Made by a program: the position numbers and the translations under genes. From positions 607,304 to 666,624 of the forward strand of contig JAVVEA010000001.1 in the NCBI GenBank assembly GCA_032250835.1: a stretch of DNA of 59,321 bases, given 5' to 3'. How positions within the stretch are numbered: the stretch's first letter is position 1; each line of letters begins with the position of its first letter. The DNA comes from a bacterium (GTDB lineage: Bacteria; SAR324; XYD2-FULL-50-16). Shown here in pieces: positions 40,277 through 51,400 of the stretch. The notes beneath the pieces were generated by a model. The model was given only the letters and a program-made list of their open reading frames with translations. It was not told where the DNA came from and ran no database searches.

Positions 40277-42904
40277 ATGACGCTCAAATTCCTGGATAAC
40301 GCAGTCTACATTGTTCTGTTTGGTTTTTTGGTTCTAATAACTATGTTCGCTGGTAGCGGATGGCTTTTTTTAGCCTTTGTCACGGTCCTGGTGGGCTGGC
40401 TACGGTTAACGTTTAAGAGCAAACGCGAGCGCTACAACCTGCAAGACAACCTGAAACCTATTATAACCTTCACGTTCTTTGGGCTAATCGCCTTGGGAGG
40501 TCACAACAATTGGGTGTGGTTTGCCTTTGAGTTGTTGTTGCTAGGCTACCTTGAGTATCGAATTTCCAAAGCCAAAAAAGGCACCCCTCAGGTAGATTCA
40601 GCGCCCGGCTTAAATGCCGCCCAACCGGGCTTACCACCAGTGCCAGTATACCGCAAGAGCCCAAGCCTCAGCAGTTCTGCGGATGCCAGATTGAACAGCC
40701 CAGATACGGCAGCAAGTAATGCCCAGATCAGTGCTCAACAAAGATCTGAAGCCTCCGTCCGCTTGAGCGGAAACTCGATGTCAACGACACCTCCAAAGCC
40801 TTCGGCCTTAAGCCACCAAGTAGGCCGCGAGATGAGCTGGCAGGGGCGCGGGGTCTTGCAAGTAGGCAATTGGCAACTTACCGACCCTTCGACCTACGCC
40901 TGTAACGGAGCGCGCAGTCAAATCGAAGCCTCATGTATCGACCTTAAACTACCGGCGAATAAACAAGCGAACCGCGCCAGAACCGAGCCCCTGGGTTACT
41001 GGCCCCAGTACGGAGAAATGTCACCGGCCCAACGGGCCTGCTACCTAGAATGGCTGGCCGGGGGACGGCAAGACGCTTCTATAGATATTGGCTATGTATT
41101 TGTTTATTTTTATGGCCTGGAACGGCGGTTATTGGTCGATGGTAAAGATGCCCAGTGGGTCCTTGCTGAAGTGGTCCGGCTGATGAATCTATTTTCGAAT
41201 TCGCGCTCTTTTGTTGGCTATTCTCAGCGGCTTTTAGCTTACAGCATCGCAAGCTCAGGCATTGAAAACCTAAAAGAAGCGGAGTTTGGCAAAGACACAA
41301 AGCGGTTGGATCAAGATATTTTGGCAGTGGTTTTAGCCGCATTGGAGAGCCAAAATCGGCCCCTGCCGCCCAGTTTAGCTTTTCAAATTGCACGAATGGA
41401 CGGCCGGTCAAAGCAGAGTGTGGTGATTAAAAGGACGCCCGATGAGTTCTTTCAGTATTTTGAATTGCATTACCACCGCTTGTTTGGCGAGGGCATGCAA
41501 TTGAAGGCCTCAAAACGCAAAGAACGCATCGGTTACCATCCGGCCAGCCCATCATTGTCCCCTTATCAAAGCTCTTACTTTGGCACTCAAGCATACACCT
41601 TTAAAGATATCGTGATCCCCAGTGTATTGGCGCTAAATAGCCAATTTAAGCCGTTGGTCGAAATTTGGAATCAAGGGATCGAGGCCTTAAAGTCATATAG
41701 CAAAGAGTTGGGCCGGGAGCAGGTAGACGACCGAGCGGCCTTTGAAGCCCTACCTGCGGAGTTACGAAAAGATTCCGAACACCCTGATTTAGAAAAATGG
41801 AACGCTTTTCTTGAAACCCAAGAAGCCGATGAAAAGGGAATTTATCTGGTGATGATCAGCCAATTGGCAGGCCTGCAAGAATATAGTAGCAAAAAGAAAC
41901 TCACACTCAAGGAGAGTAAAGACCTCGTTCAAACGGCCCATGTGCTGGGTTTCTGCCTCGAGCCAGATACGAGACAGACCGGGGCAACCTATGCTTGGGA
42001 TTCGTTGGTTGGGCTTTACCGCAACCCTTCAGACCACGAAGCAGCTACCGGGGCGGCCTACGCTGCTGCAAGCCAGATATTAGAGTTAGGCGTGGTCATT
42101 GCGGCGGCGGACGGACAAATTGAAGAAGTAGAGTTAGAACATATTTCCCGTTTCATTGAAGGGAGCTTTTTACTCAACGCCGCCGATAGTCTCCGGCTGG
42201 ATGCATACAGTAAAACGCTTCAAGCGGCTCCCAGCAGCATCACCCAAGTGGCCAATCGGCTAAAAAAGACCGTCGAGCCCAAACAATTGGCGACCATTGC
42301 CAAGTTTGGGATTGGTGTCGCCGCAGCAAACGGAGAGATCGACCCTGGAGAAATTAAGGCACTAACCAGAATATTTGAAAAACTCGAAATACCCGTCGAG
42401 GAATTGGATGTACTGATAGCTGAAGCCTCTGAAAAGGACAATCAGTTGGTGGTCGTGCGGCAGTCAGCCCAGAAACAACAGCAAGGGGAAAAGATCCCCG
42501 CCCGTATTAACCGTGCGGAAACCCTTCGCTTAGATCCAGAAAAAATCCGGGAAATCATGCATGAAACGCAAAAGATTTCAGCAATTTTACAGGAACATTT
42601 AAGTGATGATCGGGACAACGAAAGTGCATTGGCCCCAGAGCCGGGGGCCTCTCATGCAAGCGTAGAGATACCAGCTGTTTTTGCAGGGCTCGACGCCATG
42701 TACCACCAATGCTTGAACAAACTACTAGAGCACGACCAATGGGCTAGCCATGAGTTTGAACAATTAGCCCGCGAAGAAAAGCTGATGCCCGCCGGGTTGA
42801 TTGATGCGATCAACGAATGGTCTGATGATCATTACGGGGACTATTTACTAGAAGAGGGCGACCCCATCACTGTCAATCAATACCTACTGAACAATAAATC
42901 ATAA
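40277..42904 (+). CDS. sngA: Shango SngA (TM, TerB_N, TerB, TerB_C)
   Basis: LGYWPQY..MSPAQRACYLEWLAGGR..IGYVFVYFYGLERR, AADGQIEE and IDAINEW motifs. Confidence 0.88.
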   Translation: MTLKFLDNAVYIVLFGFLVLITMFAGSGWLFLAFVTVLVGWLRLTFKSKRERYNLQDNLKPIITFTFFGLIALGGHNNWVWFAFELLLLGYLEYRISKAKKGTPQVDSAPGLNAAQPGLPPVPVYRKSPSLSSSADARLNSPDTAASNAQISAQQRSEASVRLSGNSMSTTPPKPSALSHQVGREMSWQGRGVLQVGNWQLTDPSTYACNGARSQIEASCIDLKLPANKQANRARTEPLGYWPQYGEMSPAQRACYLEWLAGGRQDASIDIGYVFVYFYGLERRLLVDGKDAQWVLAEVVRLMNLFSNSRSFVGYSQRLLAYSIASSGIENLKEAEFGKDTKRLDQDILAVVLAALESQNRPLPPSLAFQIARMDGRSKQSVVIKRTPDEFFQYFELHYHRLFGEGMQLKASKRKERIGYHPASPSLSPYQSSYFGTQAYTFKDIVIPSVLALNSQFKPLVEIWNQGIEALKSYSKELGREQVDDRAAFEALPAELRKDSEHPDLEKWNAFLETQEADEKGIYLVMISQLAGLQEYSSKKKLTLKESKDLVQTAHVLGFCLEPDTRQTGATYAWDSLVGLYRNPSDHEAATGAAYAAASQILELGVVIAAADGQIEEVELEHISRFIEGSFLLNAADSLRLDAYSKTLQAAPSSITQVANRLKKTVEPKQLATIAKFGIGVAAANGEIDPGEIKALTRIFEKLEIPVEELDVLIAEASEKDNQLVVVRQSAQKQQQGEKIPARINRAETLRLDPEKIREIMHETQKISAILQEHLSDDRDNESALAPEPGASHASVEIPAVFAGLDAMYHQCLNKLLEHDQWASHEFEQLAREEKLMPAGLIDAINEWSDDHYGDYLLEEGDPITVNQYLLNNKS

Positions 42905-44217
42905 TGCAAATCAAGCCAAGAGAACGCGAAGCCATTATCCAGTCACTTAAGTCGGGGGTTGTACCTGCGATTGGACTCCAACACATCCAAGTAGGACGAA
43001 AAGACGAAGTTCAAGCGATTATCGCGGATTTAGAACGGATTGCCCAGGGCGGCGCGGCCATCCGCTTCGTGATAGGCCGGTTCGGGTCGGGCAAGAGCTT
43101 CTTCTTGACTCTGTCTAAACTTTTGGCTTTAGAGAAAAAGTTGGTCGTGGCTCAAGCGGACATCACCCCAGATCACCGCCTTCATGCGACTGGCGGCCAA
43201 GCTAGGGCGCTCTACGCATCTTTGATGAACAACTTGTCAACCAAGGCCAAGCCAAACGGTGGTGCATTGTCGAGCATCATTGAGCGTTGGATTGCCGATC
43301 TTGACCAAAAAACCAGGAGCCAGCAAGGAGAAGGAGCTGATTTGAGCCAAGCCATCCTTGAGGCATTGCGACCCTTGCAAGATTTGGTATCCGGCTTTGA
43401 TTTCGCACAAGTTTTAAGTAAATACTACGAGGCCTATGAAACGCAGAACGAACAACTCAAAAACTGTGCTCTAAAATGGCTTCGCGCCGAATACCGGCTT
43501 AAATCGGAAGCAAAGGCAGACTTGGGAGTGCGCGAAATCATTGAAGACTCCAAGATTTACGACTACCTCAAGCTATTTGCTAAATTTGTTTCCCTGGCGG
43601 GTTTTAACGGGCTGCTGGTGAACTTTGACGAGATGGTGGTGTTATCACATCGTCTCAACCACGCTCCTGCGCGCAATAATAACTATGAAATGGTCTTGAG
43701 GATTTTAAACGACTGCTTGCAGGGGCATGTTGAAAATGTCGGGTTCCTGTTCGGGGGTACGGATGAATTCCTTAAAGATCCCAGGCGAGGATTATACAGC
43801 TACGAGGCCTTAGCCACTAGATTGGCAGAGAACAAATTTGCTATTGATGGGCTGAAAGATTTTTCGGGCCCCGTAATCCATCTCGCGAGCCTGACCCACG
43901 AAGACCTTTATGTATTGCTGCACAACATCCGCAACGTATTTGCCTTAGCCGATACCTCAAAATACCTAGTGCCCGATGAGGCCTTCGAATCCTTTATGAG
44001 CTATTGCGCCAGTACCCTAGGCGCCGAGTTTTACATGACGCCCCGAGATACCATCAAGGGGTTTGTGGGGCTCATGTCCATTTTGGAACAAAACCCTCAA
44101 GCGGACTGGAAAAATCTGCTGGGGCAAACAACTTTAGAGGTAACCCAAGAACCTGAATATCTTCCCATTGATGACAACGAAACCGATGGCGACCCCTTGA
44201 CTCGATTTACCCTTTAA
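42904..44217 (+). CDS. sngB: Shango SngB, DUF2791/BrxD-like ATPase
   Basis: IIQSLKSGVVP.IGL..IQVGR, GRFGSGKSF; TAATG overlap with sngA. Confidence 0.88.
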   Translation: MQIKPREREAIIQSLKSGVVPAIGLQHIQVGRKDEVQAIIADLERIAQGGAAIRFVIGRFGSGKSFFLTLSKLLALEKKLVVAQADITPDHRLHATGGQARALYASLMNNLSTKAKPNGGALSSIIERWIADLDQKTRSQQGEGADLSQAILEALRPLQDLVSGFDFAQVLSKYYEAYETQNEQLKNCALKWLRAEYRLKSEAKADLGVREIIEDSKIYDYLKLFAKFVSLAGFNGLLVNFDEMVVLSHRLNHAPARNNNYEMVLRILNDCLQGHVENVGFLFGGTDEFLKDPRRGLYSYEALATRLAENKFAIDGLKDFSGPVIHLASLTHEDLYVLLHNIRNVFALADTSKYLVPDEAFESFMSYCASTLGAEFYMTPRDTIKGFVGLMSILEQNPQADWKNLLGQTTLEVTQEPEYLPIDDNETDGDPLTRFTL

Positions 44218-44218
44218 A

Positions 44219-46399
44219 ATGTCTAGTTCCGCCTTCTTGAAGCTCCACCCGGCGATTCAAGAGCAGCTCTACTCTATGAACTGGGGCGAGCTTCGCCCAA
44301 TTCAAGTTGAAGCCATCAACAAGATTTTTCTGAGCGAGGACCATTTGGTTATTGCCGCCCAAACGGCTAGTGGCAAGACCGAAGCTGCCTTCCTTCCCCT
44401 TTTGTCGCAACTTCTTAGCAACCCGGTTTCCGGGCTTGGGGCCGTGTATATCGGCCCTCTAAAGGCCTTGATCAACGATCAGTTTTCTCGCCTAGAAATT
44501 CTTTGCCAAAAATCTGATATTGCAGTGCATCGCTGGCACGGTGACGTATCAGCGGCACAGAAACGTAAGCTTGTAGAGGACCCAAGCGGGGTATTGCTGA
44601 TCACTCCAGAGAGCATGGAATCTCTCTTAATCAATAAAACGGCAAAACTAGCGGCAATGTTCGGTGAAACCCGTTTTGTGGTTGTCGATGAATTACATTC
44701 CTTTATTGGCAATAGCCGAGGGCAGCAACTACTCAGCCAGTGGGCGAGACTACGTTGGGCCCTCAAATGCGCTCCCCGCTGGGTCGGGTTGTCGGCAACT
44801 TTGGGTGATCTCCAACTGGCCGGCAAATGGATGCGGCCCAATGAGCCCGTTTCCCTGATTGAAGACCTCCAAGAAGGGCGAAACGTTGCGCTTTCTTTGC
44901 AGGGCTACCTGCACCCCCCAACCGAAATCAGCCGCAATCCTAGCAAAATCATCTCACCTGCGACCAACGCAACGGACGAAAAGATGGCATTGGACCTATT
45001 TAACCAGTTCAAAAATGAAAAGGCACTAATCTTTGGCAACAGCAAACAGAAATTAGAATATTACGCAGACCAAGTGCGCCGTATTGCCCAGGCTCAAAAT
45101 CACCCCAACCCTTTCTTTGTCCACCATGGCTCCTTAGCAAGGAGCGAAAGAGAAGATGTAGAAGCGGCCCTACACAAAGACCGTCCCACTGCGGTTTTCT
45201 GCTCTAGCACCTTGGAAATGGGTATCGATGTGGGCCAATTGAGCTTAGTAGGGCAATTAGATGCACCGCACTCGGTTAACTCGTTGGTACAGCGTTTGGG
45301 TCGTAGCGGGCGTAAGTCAGGAGACACCGCGAAGTTAAGGGTATTGATCGATGAAGCGACCGCAACAGTCCAAAACAGCCTAGATCGGCGCTTGTACCCA
45401 CGGCTGCTGCAAGCCTATGCAATGATTGAGCTTACCTTGGATAAATGGTGTGAACCGCCCAACGCCGAACAACTGGATTTTTCCACTCTCATCCAACAGA
45501 TTTTAAGCCTGATCGCGCAAACCGGGGGATTGCCCGCCATAAGCGTTTACCATGTTTTGGTGACCCATGGGGTATTTAGCAAGGTAAATTCTAGTGAATT
45601 TGCTTTTCTGCTGAAGGCATTGGGGGAAAAACACCTGATAGAGCAAATGCCTGAAGGAGACCTGATTTTAGGGATTGATGGGGAAAAACTTGTCCGCAGC
45701 TTTGAGTTTTATGCCACCTTTGCTTCAGGCGATGAGTACCGAGTGGTCCACCAAGGGCGGCATATAGGGTCTGTTTCGGCTCAACCAGGAACAGGCGGTG
45801 ATGGCTATTTGATTTTAGCCGGTCGTCGGTGGAAAATTCTTGAAGTACGGGAGAAAGAAGGAATCATCATGGTGCTGCCCGCACAAAGCGGCAAATTGCC
45901 AAACTTCCAAGGGACTATGTGGTTTGACCTCGCCCCGGAGGTGGTCCTTAAAGCCCAAGAATTATTGTTTGGAGACCATCAACCGGCCTATTTCAACCAA
46001 ACGGCCCGGCACATGCTGTCTTCCTTAAGACAGGTTGCACAGGATTTTGGAATCCAACAGAACCCTTTTGTGCTTGAAGGCAAAAAGACCTATTGGTTCC
46101 CCTGGGCAGGCAGCCGCTGCCAAAGAACCCTGATGGGAATGTGTAAATATTGGGGGGGACTGGATGTGACGGAAGAGTCTTTTTGTCTTATTTTTGACGG
46201 GGCCAGTCCGGTGCAAATTAAGGATCAGCTAAAAAGCCTAGCAAAGCAGTCCCCGAACCCCGTTGAATTGGCTTCCCTATTTCCCATGAAAGGGCTGTTA
46301 AAATATGACGAATTTTTACCAGAAGATCTGCTGAATCGTCAATTTGCAGCCAATCACTTAAACATGCTGCAGGCCATAGAGGTCATCAAACATCTTTGA
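44219..46399 (+). CDS. sngC: Shango SngC, Lhr-like SF2 helicase
   Basis: TASGKTEAA, DELH, SAT, HHGSL, STLEMGIDVG and QRLGRSGR motifs. Confidence 0.88.
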   Translation: MSSSAFLKLHPAIQEQLYSMNWGELRPIQVEAINKIFLSEDHLVIAAQTASGKTEAAFLPLLSQLLSNPVSGLGAVYIGPLKALINDQFSRLEILCQKSDIAVHRWHGDVSAAQKRKLVEDPSGVLLITPESMESLLINKTAKLAAMFGETRFVVVDELHSFIGNSRGQQLLSQWARLRWALKCAPRWVGLSATLGDLQLAGKWMRPNEPVSLIEDLQEGRNVALSLQGYLHPPTEISRNPSKIISPATNATDEKMALDLFNQFKNEKALIFGNSKQKLEYYADQVRRIAQAQNHPNPFFVHHGSLARSEREDVEAALHKDRPTAVFCSSTLEMGIDVGQLSLVGQLDAPHSVNSLVQRLGRSGRKSGDTAKLRVLIDEATATVQNSLDRRLYPRLLQAYAMIELTLDKWCEPPNAEQLDFSTLIQQILSLIAQTGGLPAISVYHVLVTHGVFSKVNSSEFAFLLKALGEKHLIEQMPEGDLILGIDGEKLVRSFEFYATFASGDEYRVVHQGRHIGSVSAQPGTGGDGYLILAGRRWKILEVREKEGIIMVLPAQSGKLPNFQGTMWFDLAPEVVLKAQELLFGDHQPAYFNQTARHMLSSLRQVAQDFGIQQNPFVLEGKKTYWFPWAGSRCQRTLMGMCKYWGGLDVTEESFCLIFDGASPVQIKDQLKSLAKQSPNPVELASLFPMKGLLKYDEFLPEDLLNRQFAANHLNMLQAIEVIKHL

Positions 46400-46408
46400 A
46401 CCAAATAG
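46395..46408 (+). repeat. 14-bp direct repeat, right of Shango (overlaps sngC stop)
   Basis: TTTGAACCAAATAG. Confidence 0.8.
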
Positions 46409-46537
46409 GAAGCTTTTCAATGGCTCTGGTTCGGATTGCTTGCAAAGAAAGTAAAAGGTAGAATGCCCTCCGACCATGTCTGTATGCTATAGCCCATCTA
46501 GAGAAATATGGGCGAGCTCGACAAGTATTGCCCTCGG

Positions 46538-48454
46538 TTACTGATTCCCCGCTTCGACCACCGCCCAGAAGGAAGAACCCTCTAAAAGGCCGAAGAATTT
46601 GCCCTGTTTCTTTCGCAGCGCGCCGCTGGCTGGTGAATTGATGCCGCAAAGGTAGCGGGCCAGTTTGCGCGAGCTGTTTAGCTCCGGCAGGCGCAGGGCC
46701 TTTAGTTGGGCTACGTAGGCCCGCTGACCGGCGCTCAGCGGCTTGGACTGATCGGGCAGGTAGGCTTGGTGAGGCTCCTTTAAACAGGGGCCACAATGGC
46801 CACAGTCCTGGGCCATAGGCTCGCCAAAATAGTCCATCAGATAGCGCACTTTGCAGCGGTCATTGTCGATCAGTTGGTAGACCTCCTCAAGCCGCTGGCG
46901 GTCGCGCCCTTCCTTCTCCACAAAAGACTGGTACAGCTCTTTGGCCAGGGCGATCAGGTCGGCGGGTTGCTTGAGCACTTGATACTGCTTGCGGGCCTGA
47001 CGGGCCTGTAGCTCGATCAACCCTTGGTCGCTTAAATAGTCCAGGGCGGCACTGATCCGCTCGGGCGTCTCGCCGATTAAAGGCGCTACCTCGGTGGGGT
47101 CGATATAGGTCCATTTGGCTTTTTTGTCTGAATGCTCAAATACCTTCTTGAGGAAGTCGGCCCGCTGGGCGTCAAAGTGCCCCAAAAGCTCCGCCTCGCT
47201 TTTCAGTAGAAAATATTGCAGTTGAGCAAAAGAAGTCCGTTGGTATTTCAAGAAGCCGCCCAGTTCCAGGTAAACCAAAAGGGTGTTGATGGCTAGGTCC
47301 TTGATATCAAATTCTTTGGCCAGTTGGTTGATCGAAAGGCTTAGGGGTTCGTCGGTTTCCAACAGTTCGGTGATTAAGGCCTTCAAATCCCGCTCGCCGG
47401 GCGTATCGCCGTAGATAAACCCCTCCAAGACCGCCCCGTCATCCGGCGAAGCCAGAATTTCACAAATCGAGGGCAAACCGTCTCGACCGGCGCGGCCAAT
47501 CTCTTGGGAATAGCTCTCGATGTTTTTCGGTAAGTTGTAATGGTAGACATAGCGGATGTCCGACTTGTCCACCCCCATCCCGAAAGCGATGGTCGCCACC
47601 ACCACGCCTTGGGGATGGTCCATGAACCATTGCTGGATCTCGCTGCGTTCCTCGGCCTTCATGCCCGCATGATAGGGCTTGGCCGGATAGCCCTGGCCCG
47701 CCAAGAGGCGCGCGACCCGCTCCGCGGTATGGCGCAGTGCCACATAAACCACCGTGGCCCCCTTGGGGTGCTGGGCTAAGCGTTCCAGTAACTTCTGGTC
47801 CTTGGCGGCCTCACCTTCAGGTAAAACATGATGCCGCAGCGTCAAGTTGGGCCGGTAAAAACCCGTGAGGACGTAATCTTGCGGCGGAATATCAAAAACC
47901 CGGCAAATATCCTGGGCCACCTGAGGCGTTGCGGTGGCGGTCAAGCAAAGGAACTGGCGGATTGCCAATTTTTGGGCGTGGTATTGCAGCTTGAGGTATT
48001 CGGGGCGGAAGTTGTGGCCCCATTCGGAGATGCAGTGCGCCTCGTCAACAACCAGCAAGGAAATCTTCACGGACTGCATCAGGTTTAAAAAGAACTCATT
48101 GCTCAACCGTTCGGGCGACACATAGAGCAGCTTAAGCTGGCCCTGCTGCAACCGGTTCTTGATCTCGCGCACTTCGTCGTAGCTTTGCTGGGAGTCCCAC
48201 CTTGCCGCCGCAATCCCTTTAGAAACCAAAAAGTCCACTTGGTCTTTCATCAAAGCCAACAGCGGAGATACCACCAGCGTCAAACCCTCTAGGCATAAAG
48301 CGGGCAACTGAAAGCAAAGACTCTTGCCGCTGCCGGTGGGGAACACCGCCAAGGCCGAGCGCCCAGCGAGCAGTTTCTCGATCACCTCAGCTTGCCCAGG
48401 GCGGAAGGCCTCAAAACCAAAATATTGTTTGAGCAGTTCTTGGGGGTTATTCAT
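46538..48454 (-). CDS. RecQ-family ATP-dependent DNA helicase
   Basis: PTGSGKSLC, DEAHCISEWGHNFRPEY, QEIGRAGRDG, zinc motif C..YF..CGHC..C. Confidence 0.95.
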   Translation of the reverse strand: MNNPQELLKQYFGFEAFRPGQAEVIEKLLAGRSALAVFPTGSGKSLCFQLPALCLEGLTLVVSPLLALMKDQVDFLVSKGIAAARWDSQQSYDEVREIKNRLQQGQLKLLYVSPERLSNEFFLNLMQSVKISLLVVDEAHCISEWGHNFRPEYLKLQYHAQKLAIRQFLCLTATATPQVAQDICRVFDIPPQDYVLTGFYRPNLTLRHHVLPEGEAAKDQKLLERLAQHPKGATVVYVALRHTAERVARLLAGQGYPAKPYHAGMKAEERSEIQQWFMDHPQGVVVATIAFGMGVDKSDIRYVYHYNLPKNIESYSQEIGRAGRDGLPSICEILASPDDGAVLEGFIYGDTPGERDLKALITELLETDEPLSLSINQLAKEFDIKDLAINTLLVYLELGGFLKYQRTSFAQLQYFLLKSEAELLGHFDAQRADFLKKVFEHSDKKAKWTYIDPTEVAPLIGETPERISAALDYLSDQGLIELQARQARKQYQVLKQPADLIALAKELYQSFVEKEGRDRQRLEEVYQLIDNDRCKVRYLMDYFGEPMAQDCGHCGPCLKEPHQAYLPDQSKPLSAGQRAYVAQLKALRLPELNSSRKLARYLCGINSPASGALRKKQGKFFGLLEGSSFWAVVEAGNQ

Positions 48455-51400
48455 TAAAGGTTACCTGTAGTTCACTTGGGGGTAATTGGCGGTCTAACTG
48501 ATCAAAATGGGGGTAGCGACGCCAAAGGTTTCGGTCACCGATCACGTAGAAGCGGTGTTGCGCTCTGGTCAAGGCGACGTTGAGCACATTGGGCCGTTCC
48601 GAAGCCCAGGCCATGGCCCCCGGTCGTTCGGGATTCCCGCCGAGAAGCAACAGCACGATGGGCGCTTCTTTGCCTTGGAAGGTGTGGATGGTTCCCGACT
48701 GCAATCCCGTTAGATCACCGTGGCGGCGGATGAGTGTTTCCACTTGTTTGCTAACCGACTTGAAGGGGCTGATCACAAAAATATCGGTTGGAGCAACCCC
48801 CATGCCCAAGAGCTGACGACAAAAGCTCACCATTTCTGCGCCCTGTTGGGGAATCCAATGCTCTTGTGCCAAGTTACTGGTGCAATCGACCCACAGGCTT
48901 TGGGGCAAATGGTCGAGCGGGGCTATCGAGGCAGTTTGCTGGACCATGTGGCCATTGTAGGCGATTTGGTTGGCCAACGAGAACATGGGGTCTAGGCAGC
49001 GCCGGTGGACTCTCAAAGGACAACCGACCCAAAGGTCTTCACCACCGCCCAACCGGATCATCGTTCCAAAGGGATTCACCCGGTCGGCTAGGTGCTGCAA
49101 TGAAAACCGCAATGGCGACCATTAGGGACCTACTTTAAAATGTTGGGCTAACATTTGAACCATCGGCTCCGGCTGGTTGGAAATTGGCTCGATTTGCAGT
49201 GGGTCACCAATCACCACCGCGCGGCGCGCCCGCCACATCCCCCCAATCGACGCTTGCGGCAGGCATTGCCCGGCCTCATCGACCAATAACCACCCGATAG
49301 ACTGAGGTCCCATCCCTTCGAGCAAACGCGGTAACGCTGCAAAGGTAGTCGAGGCCACCGGCACCACCAAGAAGAGGCTGGCCCAGAGATCAGTAAGATT
49401 ACCAAGATAACTTAGATCCTTGCATCGTCCCAGCCAGTGGTCCGATAACATGGCGATGTTGTCGGTGAGCGCCTTACGGTTGGCTAAAAGAAACTCACGG
49501 TGCAATGCCATTGCGGCAATCAGAAGGTTTGAACGCAGTCGATTTCGTTCCTCATCGGCCCAAGGGGAACGAACTTGCTTTTGCTCGTCGCTTAAATCCA
49601 AAAAGGTTTCATCCGGCAGGTTAGGGCCCAGCAACTCACGCCCCTCTTGGATCTTCGATTCAATTGCCGCCAGCTGTTTTTGCGCCCAGACCCAGTCCTG
49701 TTCGGCCTGCTCTTGCGCAAGTTGGGCTTGGCGGTCAGCTTGCCCGGCCTGCTCCGATTGATTTTTCAGTTCCAGCGATTGGCTTTGTCTAGCTTTTAGC
49801 TTCCCTTTCAGTTGCTGGCGGCCCGCTTGCCACTGCTGGTATGGCTTAGTCCGGAACAACCGGAAAACGAGGCCGGGTCTGTTAGATTGATGATCCTCCA
49901 ACTCAGCTTGCGTCTGATCCAGCAATACTTCACAAGCCGAAAATTGTTGTTTCAGATCGCCCCAACGGGCCTCAACTTGGCTGCGTTCAGCCTTGGTTCG
50001 CAAGACTAGGCCCTGGGCTTTGCTTGCCTGCTGTCTGTGTTGCTCTAAGGCGCAAAGGGCTTGATGGATATCCTCAAGCTGTCCTGTTTTTTGCTCTTCG
50101 GCCTCTAAAGCCTCCTTAAAGCTCTTTAGGGCCTCATCCCAACCTTCTGGCTCGGTCCCTAGCTGGCGTAACTGCTGCACAAAGGAATCGACCGGGGGGT
50201 CGGCTCTTGAGTCACCAAATAAAAAGGGTTGAATGAATTTTTGTAAGTTCGCCCGTTTACCTAGCGGAACAGCCACCAAACCCCAAGCATCCCCAAAGAG
50301 TTGTTCCGCAAAGGAGCGGAAGTAGTCGGCGCCGGGCAGTTCGCTAAAGGCTTCGTGCAGCGATTTTTGTGAAGGCAACTCGGTACTGATGTTTTCGACG
50401 GCGTTGTTGTTTGAACTGGCAACCAGCATCTCAAAGCCCATCAAAGCCCGGTCTATCGGCGTAATGACCCTAGAATAATTCCCGTAGGCAGCAATGGTCT
50501 TTGTTTTCTTTTTAAAGGCCATTTCCGGAAATTTATACAGCGACAACTGCTTGGCTCGCTCGACAATCACATGAGCGACCACATCCCTCAACAAGGTGGT
50601 TTTACCGGTACCAGGAGGACCATTGACCGAAAACAAACCGCTTTCCTTAAGCTGATCTGCCACCAGATTGACCGATAATTGTTGGGCATAACTTAGCGGA
50701 TGGGCCGGATTACTGGGCCATCGGCCCCCGGGCGACTGTCTGGGGGCCAAGTATTCCAACACCTCTCGAGGCTGTTGGATTAGATCCAATCGCTCTGTTC
50801 GCGGTACGTTGGCTAACAAGTCACCCAAGGGACCTTTTGGCGCGCCTTTGTCTAACTTACTTGCCACTAGTCCCAGGTCAGCGGCATAAAAGCTGTTGAG
50901 TAGAGGTTGGCGGCCCGGCGCGTTTTCATCTTGGCTGACATAGGTCACCCGTTCATCAATCCGGCAAAACTCGATTAAGGACTTATCCAGCCCAGGTGCC
51001 GTATCTTCCATCAACTGGTCTAACAGTTTGAGAAAATCCAACCCTGTGATCGGCTCATTACGCGAGTAGTAGGCCTGTTTTGTTTCGTCCCAGGTGAACC
51101 AACGTTGTTCAAAGGAATCCAGACAATGCATTGAAAAACTATCAAAGCCTTCCAAGGCGCGAGTTTGGTCGAGACCAAGCCCCATTTTCCCCAAAGCCCA
51201 GGGCACTGTTGAGGCCGCTAAACTTTTGGCCAGCGGCGCTCCCCTTTCGTTTACCTCAAAGGCCAAAAAGGCAAAAGTCCCGTGGCGTGGCTCAGCATAT
51301 TTTTGATCTTTACCAAAGATTTCTTCTAAGCGAGCCACTAAGGTTTGGGTGCTGCAAAGACCTAAATAGACCACATAGCGGCGCTCTTGCCTGGGCGGCG

